In this document: positions 1 to 10,219 of the stretch, in pieces | How positions within the stretch are numbered: position 1 is the stretch's first letter | How the letters are laid out: every line of letters begins with the position of its first letter | DNA from: Wallemia ichthyophaga EXF-994 | Lineage: Eukaryota > Fungi > Basidiomycota | Assembly: GCF_000400465.1 (NCBI RefSeq) | Contig: NW_008806281.1 | Span: 1 to 32,000, forward strand | Direction of reading: 5' to 3' | Length of the DNA: 32,000 bases | Made by a program: the position numbers and the translations under genes | The notes under the pieces: generated by a model | Seen by the model: the letters and a program-made list of their open reading frames with translations, nothing else | Database searches by the model: none | Told to the model about the DNA's origin: nothing

Positions 1-631
1 CCCGCGCGCCTCCGGTAGCTCGACGTAGTTACCTCCCAATTCACGGCACAAATGCCAAGCACCGCATCCCTTTTAGTCACTACAATCGTCAGCTTTCAAT
101 TCACAAGAAGTATAGATAGGCGACGATTATTAATAGTTGTAACGCTTTTGTCTATATTATGATTTCTATTAATCTACTCATCTTGATCAAACGAAACTTT
201 TTGAAAGCGTATTTCAGAAGCATTTAAAATTAATGAGGCTCTATCTATAGCCATTCAACCCGCAGCACCAACTGTAGTAATGCATATTTGCAAGATGTTG
301 GGAGTGAGAGCAAATAAAGAAAGCAGAGAAAATGCACTTTACAATACTTAAAGCTTCAAATAGCTCACACACACACACTCAAAGAAATGAGAGTACGCGG
401 CAATGAATGGAAACAACAGAAGTGAATTGTATGGGTTTAAATAAACAAACAGAATTAAGGAGGTACTACCAAAAAGATGAAAGCAGGAAGAAATGTCGTA
501 GAAGGTTCCATTAAATGGTGTAATCTGAGTGTAAAACTGTCTAAGCTTGAGTGACACTCGCAACAGGACCTTCATTTCTCTGAGCAGGACGGACGGCTGA
601 TTAGGCAAGTTAGCAAGAAATCATAAGGTAA

Positions 632-1681
632 TCAACACACACCTCCAAAGTAAATACCACAACCGAGTACGACGGCAATAATCGCACATGAGACAATAGT
701 GATCCAGAAGCAGATCCACCTTTTACGTCTAGCGGCTCTGGCGGATTTAACAGCTCTTTCAGTCTGGAGAAGACCGAGTTCCATATCTTTGTTAGTCTCT
801 TCAGCAGAAGCGTGGATGTTTTGTAGAGTATCGTCTTGTTGCTCAACGAGGATAGACATGTCGTTGAACAACTGAGCCAACTCGGTCAGAGTTCTCTCAA
901 TCTTTTTGATATCCTCGTGCCTATCTTGAACCTCTCTATAAGCAGATTTAGCATCACCGTATCTATTAGATTGTAAAAGAGCCTGACTGAATATCTGATT
1001 ATCGGGGCTATCAACAGCCTGTTCAATCTCATCAGGGTTAGCATCAGGTTTAACAATTCTGTATTGTCTCTCAATTCTTTGTTTCTGCTTTGAGCGTGAG
1101 GTTTGCTCAACTTTCTGATAATCTTGGATAGTCTCTAAGAATTTACCCTTTACAGACGCAATTTGAGTTCTTCTAACGTTGATGTCGTTTGTAGGGACTT
1201 GACCAGACGCGTTTTCCTTCTCGAGGGATTTAATTTCAGTCTTTATCTTGTTAGTGAGCTTCGAGGTGTGTGAGACGAGTGATTCAAGTTCAGCGTGAAC
1301 GCGATCTTGAGCCTTCTCATCCATGTTATTCAAAGACTGGTTATGTAGCTGGCCAATCTGTGAAATATTTCCTTGTAAACCAGCTAACGACGACTGTATA
1401 TCTGATATTTTGTTGAAAAACGACGACATATCACCGATAGTGGATATGTTCTTGGTAGAGGATACATCGTCCATCTCATATTGGGGCGTGGAGTATGAGT
1501 GCTGTTGGAATTGGCTGGTGGTGAGTGAGTTTAGTGTGCTGTGCGCTACGCAGTAATCTTACTCGTAGCTTCCACCGCCAGCGTTTTGCTGAGCCTGTGA
1601 TGATTATTAGATGATTAGATCTTTATACGCGTTTTTAAGCGTATAACTTACTCTCAACGCAGCTAGCCTATCTCTAGCCAT
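632..1681 (-). CDS. SSO1: Plasma-membrane syntaxin t-SNARE (Sso1/2-like), 3 exons (1681-1652, 1594-1563, 1514-632)
   Basis: Exon 1 encodes MARDRLAALR. GT-AG introns 1651-1595 and 1562-1515 join in frame to the 280-aa ORF, which has Habc helices, a SNARE motif (IKKIERTLTELAQLFNDMSILVEQQD) and a C-terminal TM (RRKRWICFWITIV...). Confidence 0.93.
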
Positions 1682-1811
1682 GACTATACGTGTTCAAGGT
1701 GCAATAACGCATAAAAGGTATAAAATATTTATTTTAAAATTGTTTATCTTGTATCATATAGATACTCTTCTCACTGATTGTCTACTCCTTACAACCGCGA
1801 TACCACCTTTA

Positions 1812-2509
1812 ATGGCACCTTCAAAATCTAAATTAAGGGAATTCACAGAGCATCAAGGTCATTTTAGTCTTGTGAGGTTGGTAAATTAGTCCATTCTCTC
1901 TCCCGCCCACTCACTCCGCTTAGAAACTTCCACCTCGCTGACCTCTTTACAATCATGAACGGCGTCTGTGGCGTTAGTTCCTTGTTTTCATCTGCTCACT
2001 ACCTCATCGATCCTTCCAATAAGCATCCTCTATACGCTGCACTTCTCCTCCCTGCGTGTGGTTTCATTTTCGACGCTTTAGACGGCAAAGTAGCTCGCTG
2101 GAGAAAGTCATCTTCAATGCTCGGTCAGGAATTAGATTCGCTGGCTGATCTTATCAGCTTCGGCGTTGCACCCGCCTTTCTCGCCTTCTCTATAGGTCTG
2201 AGGAGCAAGGTGGATATGATCATGTTGATTGGCTTTGTTTGCGCAGGTCTAGCAAGGCTTGCTCGATTCAATGCAACGATCGCCAATCTCCCTAAAGATG
2301 CCAGTGGGAAATCAAAGTACTTTGAAGGACTACCCATCCCTTCTAGTCTCTGCCTCGTCGCTTACATGGCTTATCTCATTCACAACGATCTAATTCACGA
2401 TAGTATACCACTCGGGTATCATTTGCACGCGCTGCACCCACTCAGTCTCCTCTTTGGACTGTGGGCTGCTGCGATGGTATCGAAAACATTACGAGTACCA
2501 AAGTTATAA
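1812..2509 (+). CDS. CHO1: CDP-diacylglycerol--serine O-phosphatidyltransferase (phosphatidylserine synthase), 2 exons
   Basis: MAPSKSK...HFSLVR joins NFHLADLFTIMNG across intron 1877-1923. CDP-alcohol phosphotransferase motif DALDGKVARWRKSSSMLGQELDSLAD; also RLARFN and FEGLPIP. Confidence 0.93.
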
Positions 2510-2539
2510 AGTTGAAGTGAAATGCATTTTATACGTTAT

Positions 2540-2923
2540 TCAATGACTCATATTCTTCTTGCCCTTCTTTAGCCTTCTCGATATTATCTTCCTGCCTGTC
2601 CTCGAGCGTATTCTCGCCAAGAAGCCGAAAGTGCGTTTTCTCTTGCGTGTCGATGGCTGATAGTCGGTGCCTCTGTAAGGTTGTCAGCTGGAGTGGAGAA
2701 GAAGGTAGCGATCCACCAACCTTGAGCCGAATCTCAATCCACTCGCAGCAATAGCTGAAATGGCTGGTAAGGTTGGTCGCCTATTGAGAAGCGTGGTGAA
2801 TGTCGGGAAGAGTGGGATGTTCCCAGGCATAGTGAGTGCAACTGGCCTAGTAACTTTACTAATTGAACGTGTAAAATTTAAAATATTTCCATTTAAAACT
2901 CTTTGGATAACAGATCGTGGCAT
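2540..2923 (-). CDS. MRPL34: Mitochondrial ribosomal protein bL34m, 2 exons
   Basis: Removing intron 2720-2673 gives ...[50 protein letters not shown], the L34 signature, after a presequence-like N-terminus. Confidence 0.9.
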
Positions 2924-2968
2924 CGTGGTCGTCGATAAAGACGATAAAATCTAAATTGGGAGTTTAAA

Positions 2969-3493
2969 ATGCTCAGTGGAAGATATACATCCAGATTGAG
3001 GCGGGTTCTTAGAGTGCCCACCCACGCAGCGCAATTCTCATCGATAAACGCGTTCGACAGGACACTGCAGGTGAAAGAGCAGCCAGAAGACAGGGAAGTC
3101 ATGGCATTAGAAAACAAGCAAAACCTTGCTTTTGAAACTTTCGTTGCTGCTCATCGCCCACTCTTCATTTCTGGTCCTGCTCTCCCTTCGAGTGCCACTC
3201 CAGCACCGCACAAACTCAACGATGACCAGATCGACTCTATCCTCGACGATATCGATTGTGCTCTCTTTAAAGTCAAGATCACTGAGTTGGCTGACTACAG
3301 GGGTGCTCTCGCTAGAATCGGCCTCGGCGAAAGCCTCCAAATCGAGCTCGACAGCGTAAAGAGGAAGAGAAAGAAGAAAATGAACAAGCACAAGTATAGG
3401 AAACGTAGGAAGGTTTGTGAGGGATGTATTACATTTACTCTTCTAACCAATCAACAGGCACACCGTGCAGAAAGGAAGCGACTCGGCAAGTAA
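2969..3493 (+). CDS. COX24: Mitochondrial small-subunit protein mS38 / Cox24 C-terminal domain protein, probable intron 3413-3457
   Basis: C-terminal SVKRKRKKKMNKHKYRKRRK|AHRAERKRLGK and an Arg-rich presequence-like N-terminus. The intron runs GTTTGT...CTAAC...CAG. Confidence 0.85.
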   Translation: MLSGRYTSRLRRVLRVPTHAAQFSSINAFDRTLQVKEQPEDREVMALENKQNLAFETFVAAHRPLFISGPALPSSATPAPHKLNDDQIDSILDDIDCALFKVKITELADYRGALARIGLGESLQIELDSVKRKRKKKMNKHKYRKRRKVCEGCITFTLLTNQQAHRAERKRLGK

Positions 3494-3514
3494 AGAAAGT
3501 AAAGAAAGTAAAGA
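3488..3514. repeat. 9-bp tandem repeat (AAGTAAAGA)x3 overlapping the COX24 stop
   Basis: Read directly from the sequence: aagtaaaga aagtaaaga aagtaaaga. Confidence 0.85.
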
Positions 3515-3530
3515 ATATATGGATACATAC

Positions 3531-4652
3531 TCACTTCACCACCACATCAATCTTGGCCCAGTTTTGGTACACATTCCCTTCATCCTTGTTGAGAATGGTC
3601 GATGTATTCGCGTGAGCTGCGTACTCGTCGTGCAAAAACGTAGCGAGGGGGTGATGAAATTCGAAAAACGCGCTGCCATGTCTGGGGTAAGCTGCGTCTC
3701 TATCCTTATCATCGACATGGCACGGCTTGCGATGTGCAGCACTCTTATCGAATTTACCGCCAGCGTAAAACATGACGCCAGACTGATTGGTGTGGAACCT
3801 GAGTGCGACGTCTCCACTTTCGAGTGTAAGCTGAGGCTGGTGAGTTTGTGCGATCTCCGTTGCCGGTTTCACATCCTGCAGTGAGTGTGCGATTGTCCTG
3901 TCTATGCCGCGTGCATTTCTGTCAAAGAGGTAGTAGTGGTCTTGCACGATCTCCCTATCACCGATCTTGCGCTGCGTTGAAAAGTCGAATGGCGTGCCTT
4001 GTATCGCCACGCTCTTGCCAGTAGCAAGTTTGGTCGCTGGGTCTGTTTCGGCGATGCTGCGCGCATTCAGGTATAGATCGTGGTCGGCGATGGTAGATGA
4101 CTTGACCTGGTCCGCTGTGAGATTGAATCCCCAGTGCTGGGTGAGGTTGATCGGACATGCAACCTCATCGAGCATCTTGGCGCGGTGGGTGAGAATCAGG
4201 CTGTGGTCACTGAGGAAGAAGGCTGCCTCTACTAGCATAGTGCCAGGATAGCCATTCTCACCAGAAGATGAGACATAATTGAACAAAGCCATGGAGTGAT
4301 TGGGGAGTCTGTCGTTTTCAGCGTATAGCTGCGCCTGCTCAAGTTTAATAGGGGCGAACAACTTCTTATCGAAAGCGTCTACACCGCCGTGGAGGGATAC
4401 GCTATCACCCTCGACGAGTTGTGGAGTGAATGAGGTCGATGAATCTATCTGATGATTCCCAACAGGAAGTCTGTTTGTATATCTCCCAATTATCGTATGC
4501 AGGAATTTACTCTTCTGGTGGTCCTCCACGTCTGGCGCTGGGATAACGTCGATGGTCTCACCATTACTGAGATTTATCTGGAGACTGTGCACTGTCAATC
4601 CAAATTCGAGTACTTGCAAGGTTATTCTGTTGTTTGGTGATGTTATTTGCAT
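3531..4652 (-). CDS. GALM: Aldose 1-epimerase (galactose mutarotase, GalM-like), stand-alone
   Basis: 373-aa ORF with IGRYTNRL, SLHGG, ENGYPG, NLTQHWGFNL, GTPFDF, FHTNQSGVMFYAG and a C-terminal FEFH (catalytic His/Glu equivalents by inference). Confidence 0.88.
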   Translation of the reverse strand: MQITSPNNRITLQVLEFGLTVHSLQINLSNGETIDVIPAPDVEDHQKSKFLHTIIGRYTNRLPVGNHQIDSSTSFTPQLVEGDSVSLHGGVDAFDKKLFAPIKLEQAQLYAENDRLPNHSMALFNYVSSSGENGYPGTMLVEAAFFLSDHSLILTHRAKMLDEVACPINLTQHWGFNLTADQVKSSTIADHDLYLNARSIAETDPATKLATGKSVAIQGTPFDFSTQRKIGDREIVQDHYYLFDRNARGIDRTIAHSLQDVKPATEIAQTHQPQLTLESGDVALRFHTNQSGVMFYAGGKFDKSAAHRKPCHVDDKDRDAAYPRHGSAFFEFHHPLATFLHDEYAAHANTSTILNKDEGNVYQNWAKIDVVVK

Positions 4653-4910
4653 TGTCGTTGTTCTTGTCGTTGTTCTTGTTTAACGGTTATCTCCACGGCT
4701 GTCTCCGCTTATGTCTACTCCAGACAAAGTCATCTTACTAATCTCGGAGTCTTCCATGATGGTGTGTGGTGGTGTAGGTGGGTGTGTCAATGCGCGTTAA
4801 CTTCAATCGGTACCAGCCCGGCTTCGAACCTCCAACCTTGCCTTGTTCTGTACACCGAAGTCACATCCCACCCCACTTATCGCCTTATCTTCGCTCTTCC
4901 ACCAGCTAAA

Positions 4911-6560
4911 ATGGTTGCACCAGCAGATCTCCCGCTTGTTACCGTCGATGCCCTCGATAAAGTACGCTGGCTGTCTACCCACCGCTCCACTCTCACGCCT
5001 TCTCCAGGTTTACCCCGCGGACAGAGTAACCAATCAAGGTGTTCGCTGGAATTCGTTGGTTGAATCCTTCAAATCTCACTACGGCTACAAACCCGCTTTC
5101 ATCGTCAGGGCTCCCGGCCGTGTCAATCTCATCGGTGAACACATCGATCATGCTCTCTTCGGCGTCGTCCCGATGGCCATTGTCCCCGATGTGATCATCG
5201 CTATTGGTCCGCGTGCAGACACCCATGAGATCAGAGCGCAAAACGTCGATCCCAAGTACCCCCCAACCGCCTTTACTCCGAGCTACAGCGGTGGTCCAGC
5301 CGTCGACATTGAAATACGCCATCTCCAATGGCATTCCTACGTCAAGGCGGCATTGCTGGTGGGCTCTTATGCTTTTGTCTGGCTCAATCCGACGCTGACT
5401 CGCTCCAGGGCTACCTCAAACACCCCCACTCTGGTGGTCAGTCTGCAGGTCTCGACATGCTCTACGATGGCACGGTCCCTGCAGGATCCGGACTGAGCAG
5501 TTCTGCAGCCATGGTAATCAGCACTCTTCTCGCTCTCCTCGCCGCCAACGCACGCCTTGAAGGCATCTCCAAGGGCGATCTCGTCAAGATGTCCATGGGC
5601 GCCGAGGGCAATGTGGGTGTCAACACAGGCGGTATGGACCAGGCAGCCTCCGTCATATCCACTCCTGCTGCCGCTCTCTATGTCCAATTCTTCCCTCAGC
5701 TCGCCGGCGACCCCGTTCCTATCCCCGCCACAGACCCCGCCATCAGCTTCGTCATTGCCAACACCCTCGTAACATCCGATAAAGCGACAACGGCGAAATA
5801 CAACTACAACTTACGCGTCGTCGAGACTCTCGCCGGTGCGGCTCTCCTCGCCAAGAGACTGGGGTTGGCGTATACACCTGCTGATAAAGTGTCCTATCGA
5901 CAGATCGTCAGTGAGGTTGCCGGTGGAGAACACAGTCTCACGGGGGAGAGTGTGGACAACACCGACCCTACCGCAGGGCTGCGTGCGGCGTTCAAAAAAA
6001 CCTTGCAAGCTATCGAACACCATCTCGGAAACGATAGTGTGCGCGATGGACTGAGCGAAGATGATCTCATCGACGCTTTGGATATGTCTAAACAGTCTTT
6101 CGCTGACACTTACCTCTCCCTCGCTGTCGAGCCTCTCGGTGGCAAGTACAGACTTTATTCACGCGCCAAACATATCTTGGAAGAGGCGCTTCGTGTATTG
6201 GAATTCAGAAGGGCTATTGAGACAGGCGCTGATGGTAACATGCAAAATTTACCCAAGTTGCTCGGTCAGATTATGGGCCAGTCGCAGGATAGCTGCAGAG
6301 ATCAATTCATGTGCAGCTGTAAGGAAATTGACGAAATTACTTCCATAGCAAGCGAGGAAGGCGCACTCGGTAGTAGACTAACTGGCGCTGGTTGGGGTGG
6401 GTCCACTGTCAGCCTTGTCCCGGCACATATCGTTCCCCGCTTCATTGAGAATGTCTCCAAGAGGTACAGTAAGTACCAGGGCCTTGGTAAGGATGAGCTT
6501 GAGCAGGCTATTTTCGCTACTCTGCCTGCTTCTGGTGCTTGTGTGCATCCGCTGGATTAA
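4911..6560 (+). CDS. GAL1: Galactokinase (GHMP kinase), 3 exons (4911-4961, 5008-5358, 5409-6560)
   Basis: RAPGRVNLIGEHIDH galactokinase signature, PAGSGLSSSAA ATP-binding loop, GGMDQAAS and GSRLTGAGWGG. Introns 4962-5007 and 5359-5408 restore the frame. Confidence 0.93.
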
Positions 6561-6663
6561 GATGGAGCATATGGAACACATGCCTTAGATTCATACATTT
6601 ATACACGTTTATTCTACATTAATAGATGGTCGACGCTTGCATCACGCAGTCACGCACTCACAC

Positions 6664-7350
6664 CTACGTATCGCCACGCTCGAGCAGACTGCCTGCAGCG
6701 TCTACGTGTGCATTAGTCAGCTCGTCCTCATTGATATCGAGGTTGTTTATCTGTTCGAGTTGCTCATCTTGCTCATCGTGCGCGCTGTGTGCGTCTCCCC
6801 TACGACGCGAGAAGGAGGGCAAGAGCCAATTATCGTCGTCTTGGCTATCCTCGCTATCATCGCTATCACTAACGAACTGCGCATAAGCCTCATCCTGCGC
6901 CTTTCTGCTACTGTGAACGACCTCGCTCATCATGCGCGCACTCTCCTGTCGTGTGACCTCCTCTTTCTGGAGAGCTAGTGAATCGTGTGTGCTCATGAAG
7001 ACGCTCGAGTCGACTGGTTTCTCGGTGGCACTCTTCAATGACATATTGGATATACCCTCGTGCACTTTCTCCTCATCCCTCTTCTCTAGCTCGCTGATGC
7101 GCCTCTGTGCGTGCTCCCGCTTCGCTGCCAGTGTCTCCACAGGGAGGAGCTTCTTCGTAGACAGCCTGTCGAAGCGGTGGATTATCTCCTGCAGCTGTCC
7201 TATATCGCTACATCGATCAATGTCCACCTTCTGACTCGGTGGTGGGCGTAGTAACGATCCTTTCGTTCTGTGGAACGTCATCCTGTGCTGGAGCGGTGGA
7301 AACGCAGTGGGTTTAGGATTGGGTGTGGTGCTTGAACCGCTCGTATCCAT
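6664..7350 (-). CDS. Hypothetical protein with coiled-coil and acidic C-terminal region
   Basis: Long open frame with charged/helical composition, probably starting at MDTSGSSTT (7350). The upstream part of the 306-aa ORF looks non-coding. No family recognised; both ends uncertain. Confidence 0.6.
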   Translation of the reverse strand: MDTSGSSTTPNPKPTAFPPLQHRMTFHRTKGSLLRPPPSQKVDIDRCSDIGQLQEIIHRFDRLSTKKLLPVETLAAKREHAQRRISELEKRDEEKVHEGISNMSLKSATEKPVDSSVFMSTHDSLALQKEEVTRQESARMMSEVVHSSRKAQDEAYAQFVSDSDDSEDSQDDDNWLLPSFSRRRGDAHSAHDEQDEQLEQINNLDINEDELTNAHVDAAGSLLERGDT

Positions 7351-7763
7351 CGCCACCGTTTTGCTCCTTTCGGCGCTCTGTATGCGGTCTGGAAGATGCA
7401 ACATTCTGTGGGTGTTCTTGTAGACGGAGTGAAAGTGCAAGTATGCGAGTGTGTATATACTCATCTCTGATACACTCCCCTCATACCCGTCCTCTCGCAT
7501 CAATAACAACTTTCTCGACAAAAACAGCACGCGGTGGATGAAATTTCTCACATACCTGCAAACACGTAGAAAAATGAAATACATAACAATTATCCAAGAA
7601 TCTATTACATTATTAGCTTGATGTTTCTAATTTAAGCTATGGCTGTGCGGTTATCGCGTGTTTTGCAAATTAACACTGATAACAAAGTAACAAAACGAAG
7701 AAATTGGAAAAAGAAGAAGAAAGAGAAAGCTTTGGGTTATTATACCTCATTACTATCACCAAC

Positions 7764-10219
7764 CTATCCAAAAACTACAGCATACGCATACACTCCTCCA
7801 TCACGATCCTCGAGCGGCGTTGCATGCAACACGCCAAATCGTATATCAGTATTCGACGAGTTGCCTCTAAGACTGAATTTAGATCTACATTTGATACCGC
7901 AAGTGACACTAAGTGGTATACCCTCTTTAAACGCCTGCTTGAGTGCCGTCTTGATGCGTTTCGATTCGAGACGATGTTCTGATCCACACGTCAGTAATTG
8001 AATAAGATCTTGGTGGTTTAGTTGACTGTCAGTGCATTGTTTGATTGTTTCAGTTGGAAGTCCTAAATATCCCAGCAACTCCTTTGTCACAAATACAATC
8101 TCCCTCTTCTCACGCTTCACTATCATAAGTTTGTTGTAAGTGTGGTTGAAGAACTCCATCTGCTTCTCGATCGGTTGTGCCTCCTTCCCGAGCATATTCT
8201 CAGCGCCAGGGAGACGTTGTGCAGACTTATCTTGTGCGCGTTTATCCTTTTTAGCCTGAGAAGAGTTGAACAGACGACTGAGAATGTTACCGGATTTCTC
8301 AGGTTCTGGCTGGAAATGATCAAACGCACGCGCACCGTTGAAGGCCTCCTTTGTAGACTGGTCTTCAAAACTACCAGCTGCAATGCTGCCTGCGCCAACT
8401 CTGCTCATCGACTCTGGTTGCCTTTCGTGGTTATTGTAACGCTGCATCGTCGGCGAGAATGCGACGGCGGTGTTACTGACAGCCTCGTTGGAGATATATG
8501 GTGCACTCCCACCAACCAAGAATGATAGATTCTTCTTGGATGATAGTATCCCAGTTACGTTCACCTGTCCACCGATAAAGTACGCTACTTGGCCTTTGGT
8601 GTCGCGGAGCGGGATGATGTTCACCAGACAGAAGAACGGTGTGCCATCGCGACGGTAATTGAGAAGTAGCTCTGTAATCGGCTCGGCATTGTTGAGTGCG
8701 TCTCTTATACGCTGCACAGAGGCTGGCGCTGTACCTGGACCCTGCAAGAATCTGCAATTGCGTCCTATAATGGTAGTTCTGTCGAATCCACTGACCTGTA
8801 CAGATACGTGAGCAGGTAAACAACTCACCGTACTCTGCTTACCTTCGTGAAACCAAGACTGGACATGACAATAGGGTGATCTCTCAGTCTTGGGTTTGTG
8901 AGTACGAATGAGTCCCCGAGGCCATTGCGCTCGAGATCGTTGAGATTTTCCTTCCCGAGTCTCACCTTGCTCCTCTCAATGAGCTTGTGTCTGATGAAAT
9001 TTTGGAAGTCAATCTCGTAGAGAGAGTGGAGGAGATTGGTTTGGGAGTGAAGAAGGCCAGAATCGAGCTCATTGAGGTATCTCAGTCTGTGGAACACCAT
9101 TTCTGAATGATTTGGAGGCATATCGACTTTAGTATTCGAAGACGGAGCAATGTACAAGTCGTGGAGAGCTTGTGAGCCAGCCCTGATTTGACCTACGATG
9201 CGCTCAAAGACGTCCACATCGGTCCAGTAGTCAAGTTTGTAGGTGGATGGGGATGAGGATTGCTCGAGGTACTCTCTGAATCTGTGTCTGCCGAGTGGAT
9301 CTCTGATCAACTCCTCAAAGACATTTTCAGATAGAAGATGGCGCATTGAGTAATCTAAATCGGCCTGGACTAGCGAAGTTGGCAGAGAAGTCTGAGCTTT
9401 TCTGTCGCCTTCAATGATCCTCCAGTCAGGGAGGTTTGCGATGTTAGAGGATTGCTGAGCGGGCGTTGCTCTAGACGGAGCCCAATTAGCAAGATCTGAG
9501 CTTCTTTGAGCGGATTCGTTGAGGTTTGTGGAGGAGGAGTTGAGGTAGTTTGTGTTGGTGTTGGTGTTGCCGAGGCCGTTGACACTGCCACCGCCGCCGC
9601 CATTAAGATAGCCACCGCCAAAATCATAGCTGGACTTTATCCTGGAGGAATTTGGGTGGGTAAAGTATCCAGCGCTGTTTGTGATAGGTGGGCTAAGTGG
9701 GGGAGTTCCTGGAATGGTCGATTGATCATTTGGGAAGGGCAGGTTGTGGTATTGTCTGAATGAAGGTGGCGTAGGGAAGTTTACGTGTAGGTGCTCTTGG
9801 GAGAGGGGGATCTGCGGTGGTGGAGAATGCGGTGGAGGTGGCTGCTGTGGGTGTTGGACTGATGGCTGTGGCTGGGACTGTAACTGTAGTTGTACCTGCA
9901 TCGTCTGATAGCGTGAGTTTCTATCAGAGGATGTCTGAGAATTCGAGCGTGAATTTGTCTTTACTTGTAGATCGGGCGTGGATTGATCAGAATCTAAGCG
10001 GGAATATGTCAAAGTATCCCGTACGAATCACTCCAACTCACCAGAGATATCAGAGTTCGCATCAATGAACTTCTGCTCGTTCACGCTGTGTATTGGATTC
10101 TCCTTCAATCCGCTCGTTGGCTTCCTGTGTCTTCTATTAGGAGATTGTGTGCTCAGTAAACACTCCACTCACTCATTCATGTTCAACGCCAACGCCTTAT
10201 CCAGAAAGACTGTGTCCAT
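7764..10219 (-). CDS. RGS-LOV-DUF blue-light photoreceptor (BcLOV4-like architecture), 4 exons
   Basis: RGS-like domain (LIRDPLGRHRFREYL...KLDYWTD...LLHSLYEIDFQNFIRHKL), then LOV (SFVLTNPRLRDHPIVMSSLGFTK|VSGFDRTTIIGRNCRFLQGPGT...LLNYRRDGTPF...FIGGQVNV) across intron 8842-8796, then a C-terminal PAS-like DUF. The 5' introns 10172-10134 and 10041-9994 are inferred. Start is 10219 or 10180. Confidence 0.9.

Noticed and set aside
1-600. Possible partial gene at the window start (minus frames such as CGAWHLCRELGGNYVELP; ORF 348-608)
   Set aside because: No consistent exon structure or recognisable family. The AT-rich ORF 348-608 looks non-coding.
4653-4910. Gal4-binding site in the GALM/GAL1 divergent promoter
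   Set aside because: I checked each CGG and none has CCG at 11-nt spacing. Only a CGG-N6-CCG (4696-4707) is present, which is too common to call.
1812-10219. Functional link between PS synthase and the anionic-lipid-binding RGS-LOV protein
   Set aside because: Five unrelated genes lie between them, and proximity is expected in such a dense genome.
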